DNA of 64,000 bases from assembly GCA_963727625.1 (NCBI GenBank), contig CAVSHR010000002.1, forward strand, positions 288,001-352,000, read 5' to 3'. Position numbers and translations under genes: made by a program. Origin of the DNA: an uncultured delta proteobacterium (lineage in GTDB: Bacteria; Desulfobacterota; Binatia; UBA9968). The notes beneath the pieces are model-generated. The model searched no databases and was not told the DNA's origin. It was given only the letters and a program-made list of their open reading frames with translations. Positions 49,941 to 59,263 of this stretch are shown piece after piece; positions within the stretch are counted from its first letter, which is position 1; every line of letters starts with the position of its first letter.

Positions 49941-50492
49941 ATGAATCTCGCGATGGGCCCGCTCGAAGACCTGGTCAAATTAATTGCCGATGAATCACGC
50001 GTTGACGCCAAAATTCGCGACACACAGGCAGCCCTGACGCTGGTCAAGAAGCGAGTTTCCGAGTCTCTCGCGCAGCACTATATTTCGACGCGTGAGCTGA
50101 GAATTCAACTGCCGGAGGATCTTATGAGGGAAGAACAATCTTACGAACGTTTGTTGCAGGCCCTGCAGGATATGAAGAATGAGATCGCCAAGCAGATACG
50201 GCCTGTCGAAGAGCAGATCATTCAAGCCAACGTCGAACACCTGCGCCAAACTTTCGCGCAAGAGAGCCGCCGCCTTTCGAAATGTCTGGAGGAAATCGAC
50301 GATAATATCCTCGCCTGCCGGCAGTATTTGCAAGATTACGAGCGCGTACGTTCGAGCCTTAATGGGTTGAACGATAAGCTGATCCAGTTGGGTGCCGAGT
50401 CTGTGCCCATACCCGACGGCCTACCGACCGCCGACTTGGGCGAAATCATCCGCCAGCGCATAGATCATCTGCGATCCCTGGGCAAGGTATAG
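49941..50492 (+). CDS. Hypothetical coiled-coil protein
   Basis: Heptad-rich helical ORF with GGAG RBS; no family recognised. Confidence 0.7.
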   Translation: MNLAMGPLEDLVKLIADESRVDAKIRDTQAALTLVKKRVSESLAQHYISTRELRIQLPEDLMREEQSYERLLQALQDMKNEIAKQIRPVEEQIIQANVEHLRQTFAQESRRLSKCLEEIDDNILACRQYLQDYERVRSSLNGLNDKLIQLGAESVPIPDGLPTADLGEIIRQRIDHLRSLGKV

Positions 50493-50617
50493 CCAACAGT
50501 TAGGAATTCACTCAAACGGCTGGCTGCAGCGTCGCATCCTTGCCCGAGGAGCCCGAGCCCGAGCCCGGCCCGGCCGTATCCAGCTTGAATGGCGTCGGAA
50601 GAACCAACGCGCCGCAT

Positions 50618-51847
50618 TCACGTCTCCCATCCCGGTTTAGCGTCGCGCAAGCGCGAGCCATAAAGCACGACGTAAGCGACCAAGGTCACGGTTAGAAAAC
50701 CGCAGATGGCCACGGTCCACGGGGCGCCGATGGCCGTGGCGACCAGGCCGAACGGAAAACTGCCCATCGGTCCGAGGCCGCGGTTGATCAGGCCGAAAAG
50801 CGACATGATCCGGCCGCGATTGGATTCGTCGGCGTGCAGTTGCAACATCGTAGCAGTGGCCGAAAGAAACGTGGTCTGAAATCCGCCGGCAATGAACAGA
50901 AATACGAGCGAGAGCGGAAAGTGGCGCGATGCGGCGAAGAGTGCGATAGCCAAACCGAAACCGGCGGCTAGTGAGAAGAGCAAATGATGCGGCTTGGGGA
51001 AGCGGCGCACGGAGGCGAGGGTGAGCCCGCCCAAAATGGCCCCGGCGCCTGGCGCCATCAACAACAGCCCTAGACCGGGCGCGCCGACGTGGAGAATGTC
51101 GCGCGCGAAGACAGGCATGAACTGCGTGTAAGGCTTGGTGCAGAAAGTCACGATGCCGAGAACGGTCAGGAGCGCGAGAAATAGCGGCGTTTGCCATGCA
51201 AGTTGCAACCCTTCGACCATGTCTTGTGTGATTCCCTTCGAGTTCGCCGGCCGCTTCGCTTTGGGTATCTTGATCAGGAAGATCGTGATCAAGACAATGA
51301 AATTGCCGGCTGTGGCGACGAAAAAGCAGCCTTGGGTGTCGATCACCGGGATCAGCAGGCCGCCAATGGATGGACCGAACAGCATGGAGCCGTTGAAGAC
51401 CATCTGGTAGAGCGTCACGGCGTTGGGCAGATCCGATTGCGGCACGAGGTGGTGCAAAATCGACTGGCGCACCGGCTGTTCAAAGGATACGAAAAAACCG
51501 GTCATCGCGGAAAGCGTGAGCAGGTGCCATACTCGAATGGCGCCGAGATAGGTCATCACGCCGACAAACAGCGCCATGAGCAGAAACGCGACTTGGGTGA
51601 TGACGAAGATGGTTTTGCGATCGGCGCGATCGACCACCGCGCCGCCGAGAGCGGAAAAAAGCACGCGCGGCAGACCGAGACACAAGCCCTCGAGTCCCAA
51701 GTAAAACGGCGAGTCGGTGAGCTGAAAAATCAACCAGCTTTGGGCCGTGGTTTGCACCAACGTCCCGGTGTGGCCAAGCAGGAGCCCAATCCAATAAATT
51801 AAATAATCGCGGTGGCGAAAAGCGCGGAAGGTGTTGGCGAGTACCAT
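50618..51847 (-). CDS. MFS transporter (H+ antiporter-like)
   Basis: About 12 TM segments; GGAVVDRADRK motif A; RGRIMS. Confidence 0.9.
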   Translation of the reverse strand: MVLANTFRAFRHRDYLIYWIGLLLGHTGTLVQTTAQSWLIFQLTDSPFYLGLEGLCLGLPRVLFSALGGAVVDRADRKTIFVITQVAFLLMALFVGVMTYLGAIRVWHLLTLSAMTGFFVSFEQPVRQSILHHLVPQSDLPNAVTLYQMVFNGSMLFGPSIGGLLIPVIDTQGCFFVATAGNFIVLITIFLIKIPKAKRPANSKGITQDMVEGLQLAWQTPLFLALLTVLGIVTFCTKPYTQFMPVFARDILHVGAPGLGLLLMAPGAGAILGGLTLASVRRFPKPHHLLFSLAAGFGLAIALFAASRHFPLSLVFLFIAGGFQTTFLSATATMLQLHADESNRGRIMSLFGLINRGLGPMGSFPFGLVATAIGAPWTVAICGFLTVTLVAYVVLYGSRLRDAKPGWET

Positions 51848-52188
51848 GATGGACGAGTCGCGGTGTAGACCGATAGATCGCAGGCACTCCGACGAATGGC
51901 TCTACGGCCGAATCCCCGCCTTTCTGGACAGGCTCTGATGGGTCGGACCGTCGATCTCTTCACCGGACGGCAGCCCGGCGGCGATACGAAAAGTTTTAAT
52001 CACAGCGCGCGTTAACGGTTGTTCTCTGCCGACAAATTTCATGGCAAGCCTCGTGGGATGAATTCGCGTCGTGACCGCCGCAGATTTTCTCAACCCTTAG
52101 CACAATTTAAAACAAATCGTGGCGTAACCGGGCGAGATTCTTCAAAGCGAGGCTGGAAAAGTTCTCGTGGAGTTTAGTTCGAGTTCAA

Positions 52189-52263
52189 TGGTGGTCCCAA
52201 CGGGAATCGAACCCGTGTTCCCGACGTGAGAGGCCGGTGTCCTAACCGCTAGACGATGGGACC
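52189..52263 (-). tRNA. tRNA-Glu (anticodon CTC)
   Basis: Reverse complement ggtcccatcgtctagcggttaggacaccggc-ct-CTC-ac-gtcgggaacacgggttcgattcccgttgggaccacca folds as a cloverleaf with encoded CCA. Confidence 0.96.
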
Positions 52264-52264
52264 T

Positions 52265-52340
52265 TGGCTGAGGAGGTAGGACTCGAACCTACAATCGCCT
52301 GATCCAGAGTCAGGTGGCTTACCAATTAGCCGACTCCTCA
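52265..52340 (-). tRNA. tRNA-Gln (anticodon CTG)
   Basis: Reverse complement tgaggagtcggctaattggtaagccacctga-ct-CTG-ga-tcaggcgattgtaggttcgagtcctacctcctcagcca. Confidence 0.96.
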
Positions 52341-52367
52341 AAGTGGCGAGTGATAAAATTAGAAGAA

Positions 52368-53798
52368 TTACTGGGGAGAGTCAAGTTGACGGATGTAAAC
52401 CAGTGCGGCTCGCAGGCGCCCAATCGTGCGCTCTTTACCGAGCACGGCGATGACCTCGTGAATCCCTGGGCTGACCGTGCCGCCGGTGAGCGCGACGCGC
52501 ACGGGCTGGGCGAGCTTGCCCATTTGAAGTCCGTGGGCTTCGAGGGTAGCGGTAAAAGCTTTCTCGATTGCAACTGCGTCGAACGTGGCAAGGGCGTCTA
52601 AATTTCGGATCAAACTTTCGATCGGCGCGGCGACGTCCGGCGTCAGAAGCTTTTTCGCCGCCTTTTCATCCGGGGTTATTTCGTCGCTCAAATAATAACG
52701 CGCGGCGTCGACCAACTCGGTGAGTGTCTTGGCGCGTTGTTGAAGCGTCGCGATCATCCGCTCCAGCCATTTCTTATCCTGCGGCACCGTCAGGCCTTTG
52801 GCCGCGATGTAGGGTTGGATTTCCTCGGCCAACTGGGCCAGCGAGCGGGATTTAAGATAGTGGAAGTTGACCCAGAGAAATTTCTCCGGATTGAAAACAC
52901 CCGCCGACTTGCCGACGTTCTCCAAGGAAAACTTCTCGACCAGCTCTCCGCGCGAAAAAATTTCCTGGTCGCCGTAAGACCAAGCGAGGCGCACCAGATA
53001 ATTGACCACCGCCTCGGGGAAATAGCCCATGTCGCGGTAAGCCATCACCGAAGTAGCCCCATGGCGCTTGCTGAGCCGCGCTTTGTCGGTACCGAGAATC
53101 AGTGGCACATGAGCGAATTGCGGCAGCTTGTCGCCGAAGGCCTGGTAAAGCTGGATCTGCCGCGGCGTGTTCGACAGATGATCATCGCCGCGAATGATAT
53201 GGGTGATGTTCATCTCGATATCGTCGACCACGACACAAAAATTATACGTCGGTGTGCCGTCAGAGCGGGCGATGATGAGATCGTCGAGCTCGCGGTTGTC
53301 AAAGACGACGTCACCTTTGATCAAGTCCTTGACCACGGTCGTGCCGTCGCTTGGCGAGCGGAAGCGAACGGTGAAGGGTCGGTCGATGGGCAGAGCGGGA
53401 ATCGCCCCTTCCGGCGGACGGCAGGTGCCGTCGTAGGCCGGTTTGCGTTTCTCTTTTTGCGCAAACTGACGCTTTGCGTCCAATTCCGCAGGCGTGCAGG
53501 TGCACGGATAGGCATTGCCTTTGGCAACCAGCTCTCTGACTTTCTCTTGATACAGTGAATAGCGTTCAGTTTGGTAGAACGGCCCTTCGTCGTAATCAAG
53601 TTCCAGCCAATTCATTGCGTCCAAGATCGCTCGGATCGCCTCCGGTGTGGATCTCTCGCGGTCGGTGTCCTCAATTCGCAGGATAAATTTGCCGCCATGG
53701 TGGCGCGCAAAAAGGTAGTTGAAAAGCGCGGTGCGCGCACCGCCGATATGCAGGTGGCCGGTCGGACTGGGAGCAAAACGGGTGCGAACTGGAGTCAT
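52368..53798 (-). CDS. gltX: Glutamate--tRNA ligase
   Basis: RFAPSPTGHLHIGG, RIEDTD, RGDDH and LSKR motifs. Confidence 0.96.
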   Translation of the reverse strand: MTPVRTRFAPSPTGHLHIGGARTALFNYLFARHHGGKFILRIEDTDRERSTPEAIRAILDAMNWLELDYDEGPFYQTERYSLYQEKVRELVAKGNAYPCTCTPAELDAKRQFAQKEKRKPAYDGTCRPPEGAIPALPIDRPFTVRFRSPSDGTTVVKDLIKGDVVFDNRELDDLIIARSDGTPTYNFCVVVDDIEMNITHIIRGDDHLSNTPRQIQLYQAFGDKLPQFAHVPLILGTDKARLSKRHGATSVMAYRDMGYFPEAVVNYLVRLAWSYGDQEIFSRGELVEKFSLENVGKSAGVFNPEKFLWVNFHYLKSRSLAQLAEEIQPYIAAKGLTVPQDKKWLERMIATLQQRAKTLTELVDAARYYLSDEITPDEKAAKKLLTPDVAAPIESLIRNLDALATFDAVAIEKAFTATLEAHGLQMGKLAQPVRVALTGGTVSPGIHEVIAVLGKERTIGRLRAALVYIRQLDSPQ

Positions 53799-53895
53799 GG
53801 CGGTAAGCTAACAGGGCGCGGAAAAAGCGTCAATGACGCATTAAAAATACGTTTTGATTATGCTATCATCGAGCGATCGTCGAGGAGAAAAGCCT

Positions 53896-55638
53896 GTGGA
53901 CACTAAGGCAATGGGGGATGACGCTAGACCGGTGGTGGGGAGCGGCGATGGCGTGCCCTCTCATTTTATTCGCAATATTGTCACCGAAGATCTCAAACAA
54001 GGCAAAAACCAGGGCCAGGTTCACACCCGGTTTCCGCCTGAGCCCAACGGCTATCTACACATCGGCCACGCCAAATCCATTTGCCTGAATTTCGGCTTGG
54101 CGGCGGAATTCAACGGACTCTGTAATCTGCGATTCGACGATACCAACCCGAGCAAAGAAGATGTCGAATACGTCGGGTCGATCAAGGAAGACGTCCGCTG
54201 GCTCGGCTTCGACTGGGGCGACCGAGAGCTTTACGCTTCGGACTATTTCGAGCGGCTCTTCGAGTTCGCCATTCAGCTGATCAAATCCGGCAAGGCGTTC
54301 GTCTGCGATCTGAACGCCGACCAGATGCGCGAATATCGCGGCACGCTGACCGAACCCGGGACAAACAGCCCCTTTCGGGATCGCTCGGTCGAAGAAAACC
54401 TTGATCTCTTCCAGCGCATGCGCGCGGGCGAATATCCCGACGGCAGCCGGACCCTGCGCGCCAAGATCGACATGGCCTCGCCCAATATCAATCTTCGCGA
54501 TCCGGTCATGTATCGTGTCTTGCGCGCGACCCACCATCGCACCGGCAACAAGTGGTGTGTCTATCCAACTTACGATTTCGCCCACGGGCAATCGGATTCT
54601 ATCGAAGGCATTACCCACTCGATTTGCACTCTGGAGTTCGAGGACCACCGCCCGCTCTATGATTGGTTTTTGCAGCACCTTGGGATTCACCACCCGCAGC
54701 AGATCGAGTTCGCGCGCTTAAATCTCACATACACGGTGTTGAGTAAGCGCAAGCTGCTGCAGCTGGTGCAGCGAAAAATTGTCAACGGCTGGGAAGATCC
54801 GCGCATGCCGACTCTGGCGGGCATGCGGCGCCGAGGTTACACGCCGGAGGCGATCCGCAATTTCTGCGAGCGCATCGGTGTGGCCAAAAGAAACAGCGTG
54901 GTCGATATCGCCATGCTGGAGCATTGCCTGCGCGAGGACTTAAACAAGCGCGCGCCGCGGGTTATGGCGGTCCTGCGGCCGATCAAAGTCGTGCTGGAAA
55001 ATTATCCGGAAGGGCAGGTCGAGGATTTGGACGCAGTCAATAACCCTGAAGACCCGAGCATGGGCACGCGTAAGGTGCCGTTTTCACGCATGCTTTACAT
55101 CGAACAGGATGATTTTCGCGAGGAGCCGCCCAAGGGTTTTTTTCGTTTGTCGCCGGGTAAGGAAGTCCGCTTGCGCTACGCATTTATCATCAAGTGCACC
55201 GGCCTTTCCAAAGATCCGAGCACAGGGGCTATTACCGAGCTTCACTGCACCTATGATCCCGAAACCAGGAGCGGTTCAGCGCAGAGCAAACGCAAGGTCA
55301 AAGCAACGATCCATTGGGTATCGGCGGCCCACGCCGTCGGAGCCGAGGTCAGACTCTACGACCACCTCTTCACCAAAGAGGACCCGGAGGATATTCCCGA
55401 AGGGGCGGATTGGCTCGCGAACGTCAATCCGAAATCTTTAGAGCGGCTGGCATCCTGCCGTGTGGAGCCCTGTCTCGCCAACGCAAAACCCGGCGAACGA
55501 TACCAGTTCGAGCGGCTGGGTTACTTCTGCGTTGATAGTGAGGAGTCTTTCGCGACAAAGCTGATTTTCAACCGATCGGTGACCCTGCGCGACACCTGGG
55601 CCAGGATGGAGAAGGGCGGCAAGGGGGCTCGTTCCTAG
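53896..55638 (+). CDS. glnS: Glutamine--tRNA ligase
   Basis: [28 protein letters not shown] and QFERLGYF motifs; GAGGAG RBS before the GTG. Confidence 0.95.
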   Translation: MDTKAMGDDARPVVGSGDGVPSHFIRNIVTEDLKQGKNQGQVHTRFPPEPNGYLHIGHAKSICLNFGLAAEFNGLCNLRFDDTNPSKEDVEYVGSIKEDVRWLGFDWGDRELYASDYFERLFEFAIQLIKSGKAFVCDLNADQMREYRGTLTEPGTNSPFRDRSVEENLDLFQRMRAGEYPDGSRTLRAKIDMASPNINLRDPVMYRVLRATHHRTGNKWCVYPTYDFAHGQSDSIEGITHSICTLEFEDHRPLYDWFLQHLGIHHPQQIEFARLNLTYTVLSKRKLLQLVQRKIVNGWEDPRMPTLAGMRRRGYTPEAIRNFCERIGVAKRNSVVDIAMLEHCLREDLNKRAPRVMAVLRPIKVVLENYPEGQVEDLDAVNNPEDPSMGTRKVPFSRMLYIEQDDFREEPPKGFFRLSPGKEVRLRYAFIIKCTGLSKDPSTGAITELHCTYDPETRSGSAQSKRKVKATIHWVSAAHAVGAEVRLYDHLFTKEDPEDIPEGADWLANVNPKSLERLASCRVEPCLANAKPGERYQFERLGYFCVDSEESFATKLIFNRSVTLRDTWARMEKGGKGARS

Positions 55639-55676
55639 TTGCGCGGAGATCGCGTGAAAACTTGCACTGCATTTAA

Positions 55677-56714
55677 TCATTCGCCGACGACCAAGGCTTG
55701 GCCGCCCGAGAGCCCCAGACATTCTTTCTCAAAGAGAGGTTTTGCGTCGACGTAAGATTCCACGATTCCCAGGCGATGCAGCAGTTTGATGATCTGAAAA
55801 GCCACGTCGATCTGGCCTGGAAGAAAGCCGTTGTTTGCAGAAAACGGGTACTTGTGGTGGTTGTCGTGCCACTCGGAAGCAAGATAGCCGTAGAACCATT
55901 GATTAAGAGCGTAGCTACTGTGATCAAACTCCCATCCGACTTTTTTGCCTCTCGGTTGGTTTCCTCCGTGGCCCCGCCAATTAAAATCACGGATCAAGAA
56001 AGTGATAAAAAAAATCGCCGCAAACCAAGCCCATAGGATATCGGAACCGTAAATCAGGAAAATACTAACTCCCCAAAATAGCTGAATGAAAGCTACACGG
56101 AAGAGGTAATATCTCAATTCCTCCACAGCGCCGGAACGTAAGAACTGTGCATAGCTGCTAGTTTTAAGCGGGATATGGGCGATGCTCGCGCATAACGTAG
56201 CATATTCCGCTGCAGAAATATTAGTATCTGTTTTTTGGGCTGATTCAGGGGCAAGGTAGCTGCCAAGCCATCCTAGATGTGGGCCGTAAGGGTCCCCAGG
56301 CTTTTCGGTTCGCTGATGATGAATCATGTGGGGAATGGCGTAGCATTCTTCCCGAAATAAAATCGGATTCGTCCAAAGAAACAATTTAGCAAAAAAATTG
56401 TTGTTAAATCGAAACGCGGCATGCGAACAATAACGGTGATACCAGAGGGTATTGTAAACAGTTCCGAGCACAAATACGGAAATCAGCATGAAAACAAGAG
56501 ATTGGATTGATATTCGCGCTATTAAAAAATATACGCACGCGACGAATGTAGAAAGATGAAACGCAAAATTTAGCACGGTTAAAGCACGAGAGGGATGCTT
56601 AACCACATTCATAGCATCACACCATTCGATTATGATTTCTGTTGTCGAGGGTGAGTGAGGTTTAGCGCTTGACGTGTCATGGCCAAACGTTGGCTCGATT
56701 ATCGGCAATTTCAT
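55677..56714 (-). CDS. Membrane di-iron fatty acid desaturase (delta-9-like)
   Basis: His boxes HRYCSH, HMIHH, NWRGH and WHDNHH; TM segments; visibly AT-rich. Confidence 0.85.
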   Translation of the reverse strand: MKLPIIEPTFGHDTSSAKPHSPSTTEIIIEWCDAMNVVKHPSRALTVLNFAFHLSTFVACVYFLIARISIQSLVFMLISVFVLGTVYNTLWYHRYCSHAAFRFNNNFFAKLFLWTNPILFREECYAIPHMIHHQRTEKPGDPYGPHLGWLGSYLAPESAQKTDTNISAAEYATLCASIAHIPLKTSSYAQFLRSGAVEELRYYLFRVAFIQLFWGVSIFLIYGSDILWAWFAAIFFITFLIRDFNWRGHGGNQPRGKKVGWEFDHSSYALNQWFYGYLASEWHDNHHKYPFSANNGFLPGQIDVAFQIIKLLHRLGIVESYVDAKPLFEKECLGLSGGQALVVGE

Positions 56715-57088
56715 TTAAGCAGATACCATTGAGGTGTGACGATTCTCTTCAAAACACTTCACATGGCGCTAGCCTTGCCCGTGCTGATTTGAATTTACAC
56801 TATCTATCGAAAATCTAGTAAAGATGTCAATCGGAGTTGCTGCAGCTGAGGGAATGTTCCTTCGGATATCGAAGCTTCAAGATACGCCCGGCCACGGACG
56901 TTGTCTGTGTTTGCGAGTCAGCAGGGTAACTTCAAAAGGATATGTCCTGCCGAATTTACGGATAAACAGAATCTACAACACGTCGTTCGATTGTTTTCGC
57001 TTGAGTTTTTATGCGAGAAGATTTTTGCAGAAACGACTACCCGTACGCCGCACCGACGTGACAAGAGCCTGAAGATAGCACCAGAGAT

Positions 57089-58408
57089 TTAGAACCTATA
57101 GTTTACCGAAGCTGCAACAAAATTGTTGAAAGTTGTATACCTGTCTTTGCCCGGCGCGCCGCTGAAGGGTATTCCAGTTGCCGGTAAGCCCTCTAATTCT
57201 CCGTTATTTACTTTTCGAGTTTTGTAAAGAACGGCCATATAGCCAAAATCAAGAGAAATTTTTTCCCATTTATAGCCGATTCCAGCGTTTAACGTCAGTA
57301 TGTCTCCGCCGGGTATGGCCGGATTTAAGGTCTTAGCTGGGATTGGCGTTTCCTCGACCGCAAGCCCTCCCCGGAGCTCCCAGTGAGGACTCAGCTTATA
57401 CGAGCTGCCCAAACGTAGCGTGCTCGTATTTTTCCAATTCTGTGGCAAACTGAAAGACGCGATCGGCAAGCCGAGAAGAGGAAGAAATCCGGGTGCCGGA
57501 GACAGAGTAGCGTTGAAACTCTTGAACTCGCTCCATCTCGTGTATTCATAAACTAATTCTGCGCTCCATGCCGGATCAATTTGCCAAAAAATTCCCACGT
57601 CAACTATTGGTGGCAATGGAATCGGTCTGACATTTGCTTTCACACTTGTCGGTGTGAAAGCGCCTCCAAACTTCGCGTCCGCCGAGTCGAAGCGGATGTC
57701 TGTTCGGGCACGATAAGTTAAACCTATTTTTATCACTTCAGTCGGCTTTACAAGAAGTCCTAGATTGTAAGTAAAGGCATTCGCGGTGTCAGTAACTCGA
57801 AGTCGTCCCTCAAATGTGCCACCCTGGGTAGCGCAGCCGCCATCGGCCAAAAAAGCATCGAGGCATAGAGAGCGGGTGAATAATCCCGATGCATGCACAT
57901 AACTGACACCGGCGCCCACGGAAAAATACTTTGATGGATGCCACGCGATACTGGGAGTTACATAAATTGTTTTGAGTTCGCTTCGATTAGCTGCAAACCG
58001 AGTAAAGTCCCGTTCGTATGTGGTGGCAAGACCAAAGGGCGAATAAGTCCCTATCCCTAGAGTGAAGTCGCTGCCCGGAATATGGTAGTTTGCGAACATT
58101 GACGCTATCAGATTGTCGTCGTGTTTGTTGACGGCTTTTCTCCCGCTATTTTCAACGCTGTTGACGGCATTGATGTAGACACCGTTGATCATCAGATTGT
58201 TTCCCGAGACCTCACCTAACGCGCCCGGATTGTAATAAGTGGCCGAGGCGTCATCTATGCCTGCGGTGAGAGCATTTGACAAAGCGACGCCGCGGGCCGT
58301 TTGATGCGGGATGATATAACCTCCGGCACTTACGCTCGGTATCCCATGGAAGATAAACGAGCCTGTTGTAATCACACAAATCAAGAAAATATTCGCTATT
58401 TTAGTCAT
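57089..58408 (-). CDS. FadL/OmpP1-family outer membrane transporter for hydrophobic compounds
   Basis: Signal peptide; DDASATYYNPG hatch motif; YSPFGL; NWKNT; terminal YRF beta-signal. Confidence 0.87.
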   Translation of the reverse strand: MTKIANIFLICVITTGSFIFHGIPSVSAGGYIIPHQTARGVALSNALTAGIDDASATYYNPGALGEVSGNNLMINGVYINAVNSVENSGRKAVNKHDDNLIASMFANYHIPGSDFTLGIGTYSPFGLATTYERDFTRFAANRSELKTIYVTPSIAWHPSKYFSVGAGVSYVHASGLFTRSLCLDAFLADGGCATQGGTFEGRLRVTDTANAFTYNLGLLVKPTEVIKIGLTYRARTDIRFDSADAKFGGAFTPTSVKANVRPIPLPPIVDVGIFWQIDPAWSAELVYEYTRWSEFKSFNATLSPAPGFLPLLGLPIASFSLPQNWKNTSTLRLGSSYKLSPHWELRGGLAVEETPIPAKTLNPAIPGGDILTLNAGIGYKWEKISLDFGYMAVLYKTRKVNNGELEGLPATGIPFSGAPGKDRYTTFNNFVAASVNYRF

Positions 58409-58450
58409 TTAGCGTCCCTTATGGCATTTTGTATCCAACTCGTGTATAGC

Positions 58451-58480
58451 GTTGCTAAGTACTGCCAAAGTTTGCCATAT
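58451..58480. promoter_or_regulatory. Three 10-bp-phased TGCYA direct repeats, candidate operator
   Basis: gttgctaagt / actgccaaag / tttgccatat within the 80-bp divergent gap. Confidence 0.45.
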
Positions 58481-58488
58481 GAGATATA

Positions 58489-58689
58489 ATGATGCAAGAA
58501 AAATTATTGACAATTGAACAGGTCGCGGCGTATCTGAAGGTCGACAAGTTCACTGTCTATCGTTTGGTTACAAAGCGGAAACTCCCCGCATTCAAGGTCG
58601 GGAACCAATGGCGCTTCAAACGGGAAATTATCGATGCTTGGCTGGAAAACAATTCTAACATGAAAGTAAGGGACGATAAGGCTCGCTAA
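58489..58689 (+). CDS. HTH_17 (Xis/BldC-like) small DNA-binding protein
   Basis: LLTIEQVAAYLKV...TVYRLV....LPAFKVGNQWRF. Confidence 0.9.
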   Translation: MMQEKLLTIEQVAAYLKVDKFTVYRLVTKRKLPAFKVGNQWRFKREIIDAWLENNSNMKVRDDKAR

Positions 58690-58696
58690 TCATCCG

Positions 58697-59263
58697 ATGA
58701 AAACCATACTTGTGGGAGCACTTTTTACATATGGCATTGCGAGGCTTCTCGAAACCTTCAAAAAACGACCCAAGGTTCAAGGGCGAGTGGTTGCACCTTA
58801 CACCCTCTATCTTTTGGTGGGCGGACATATAGCAGTATTTTTGGCGGCTTTGCATGACGTGCGGAATCTTACGCCACAACTCGGCGCAGCGAATTTTGTC
58901 GGGCTCGCAATGGTAGTCGTTGCAGCGATCGGTCGTTTCTACTCGATAAAGACGCTGGGCCCGTATCATAGCATTCAGATTGAAATTCGAGAGAATCATC
59001 CGGTGATCAGCCACGGGCCCTATTTCTTTATTCGGAATCCTTACTACCTTAGCAACGCGATAGAGGTTGTGGGGTTTCCCCTCATAGTCAACTCAGTCCT
59101 CGGCACCGCCGTCGCGCTTTTGCTGTATTGGCCGTGCTTGTACTTGCGCGTCGTATTAGAAGAGCGGGCCCTGTTAGGAGCCATCAAGGCGCCGTTTTCC
59201 GACTATATGCACCGAGTGCCGCGCTTTGTTCCCACCGGGATTCGCGTTGGAGCATCGATATGA
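58697..59263 (+). CDS. Isoprenylcysteine carboxyl methyltransferase (ICMT)-family membrane methyltransferase
   Basis: IKTLG, H.VISHGPY.FIRNPYY, R...EERAL and Y...VPRFVP motifs. Confidence 0.85.
   Translation: MKTILVGALFTYGIARLLETFKKRPKVQGRVVAPYTLYLLVGGHIAVFLAALHDVRNLTPQLGAANFVGLAMVVVAAIGRFYSIKTLGPYHSIQIEIRENHPVISHGPYFFIRNPYYLSNAIEVVGFPLIVNSVLGTAVALLLYWPCLYLRVVLEERALLGAIKAPFSDYMHRVPRFVPTGIRVGASI

Noticed and set aside
50542-50575. gcccga short tandem repeat
   Set aside because: Only three to four degenerate units between convergent genes; not a CRISPR array or a meaningful VNTR
51902-52093. Small ORF with faint peptidoglycan-binding-domain flavour (TRAVIKTFRIAAGLPSGEEIDGPT)
   Set aside because: Too short and weak to support; it may be a remnant and needs an HMM search
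58489-58689. HTH_17 gene as a prophage or ICE excisionase
   Set aside because: No integrase, att-like duplication of the tRNA 3' ends, or phage genes are visible; it heads a metabolic/signalling operon
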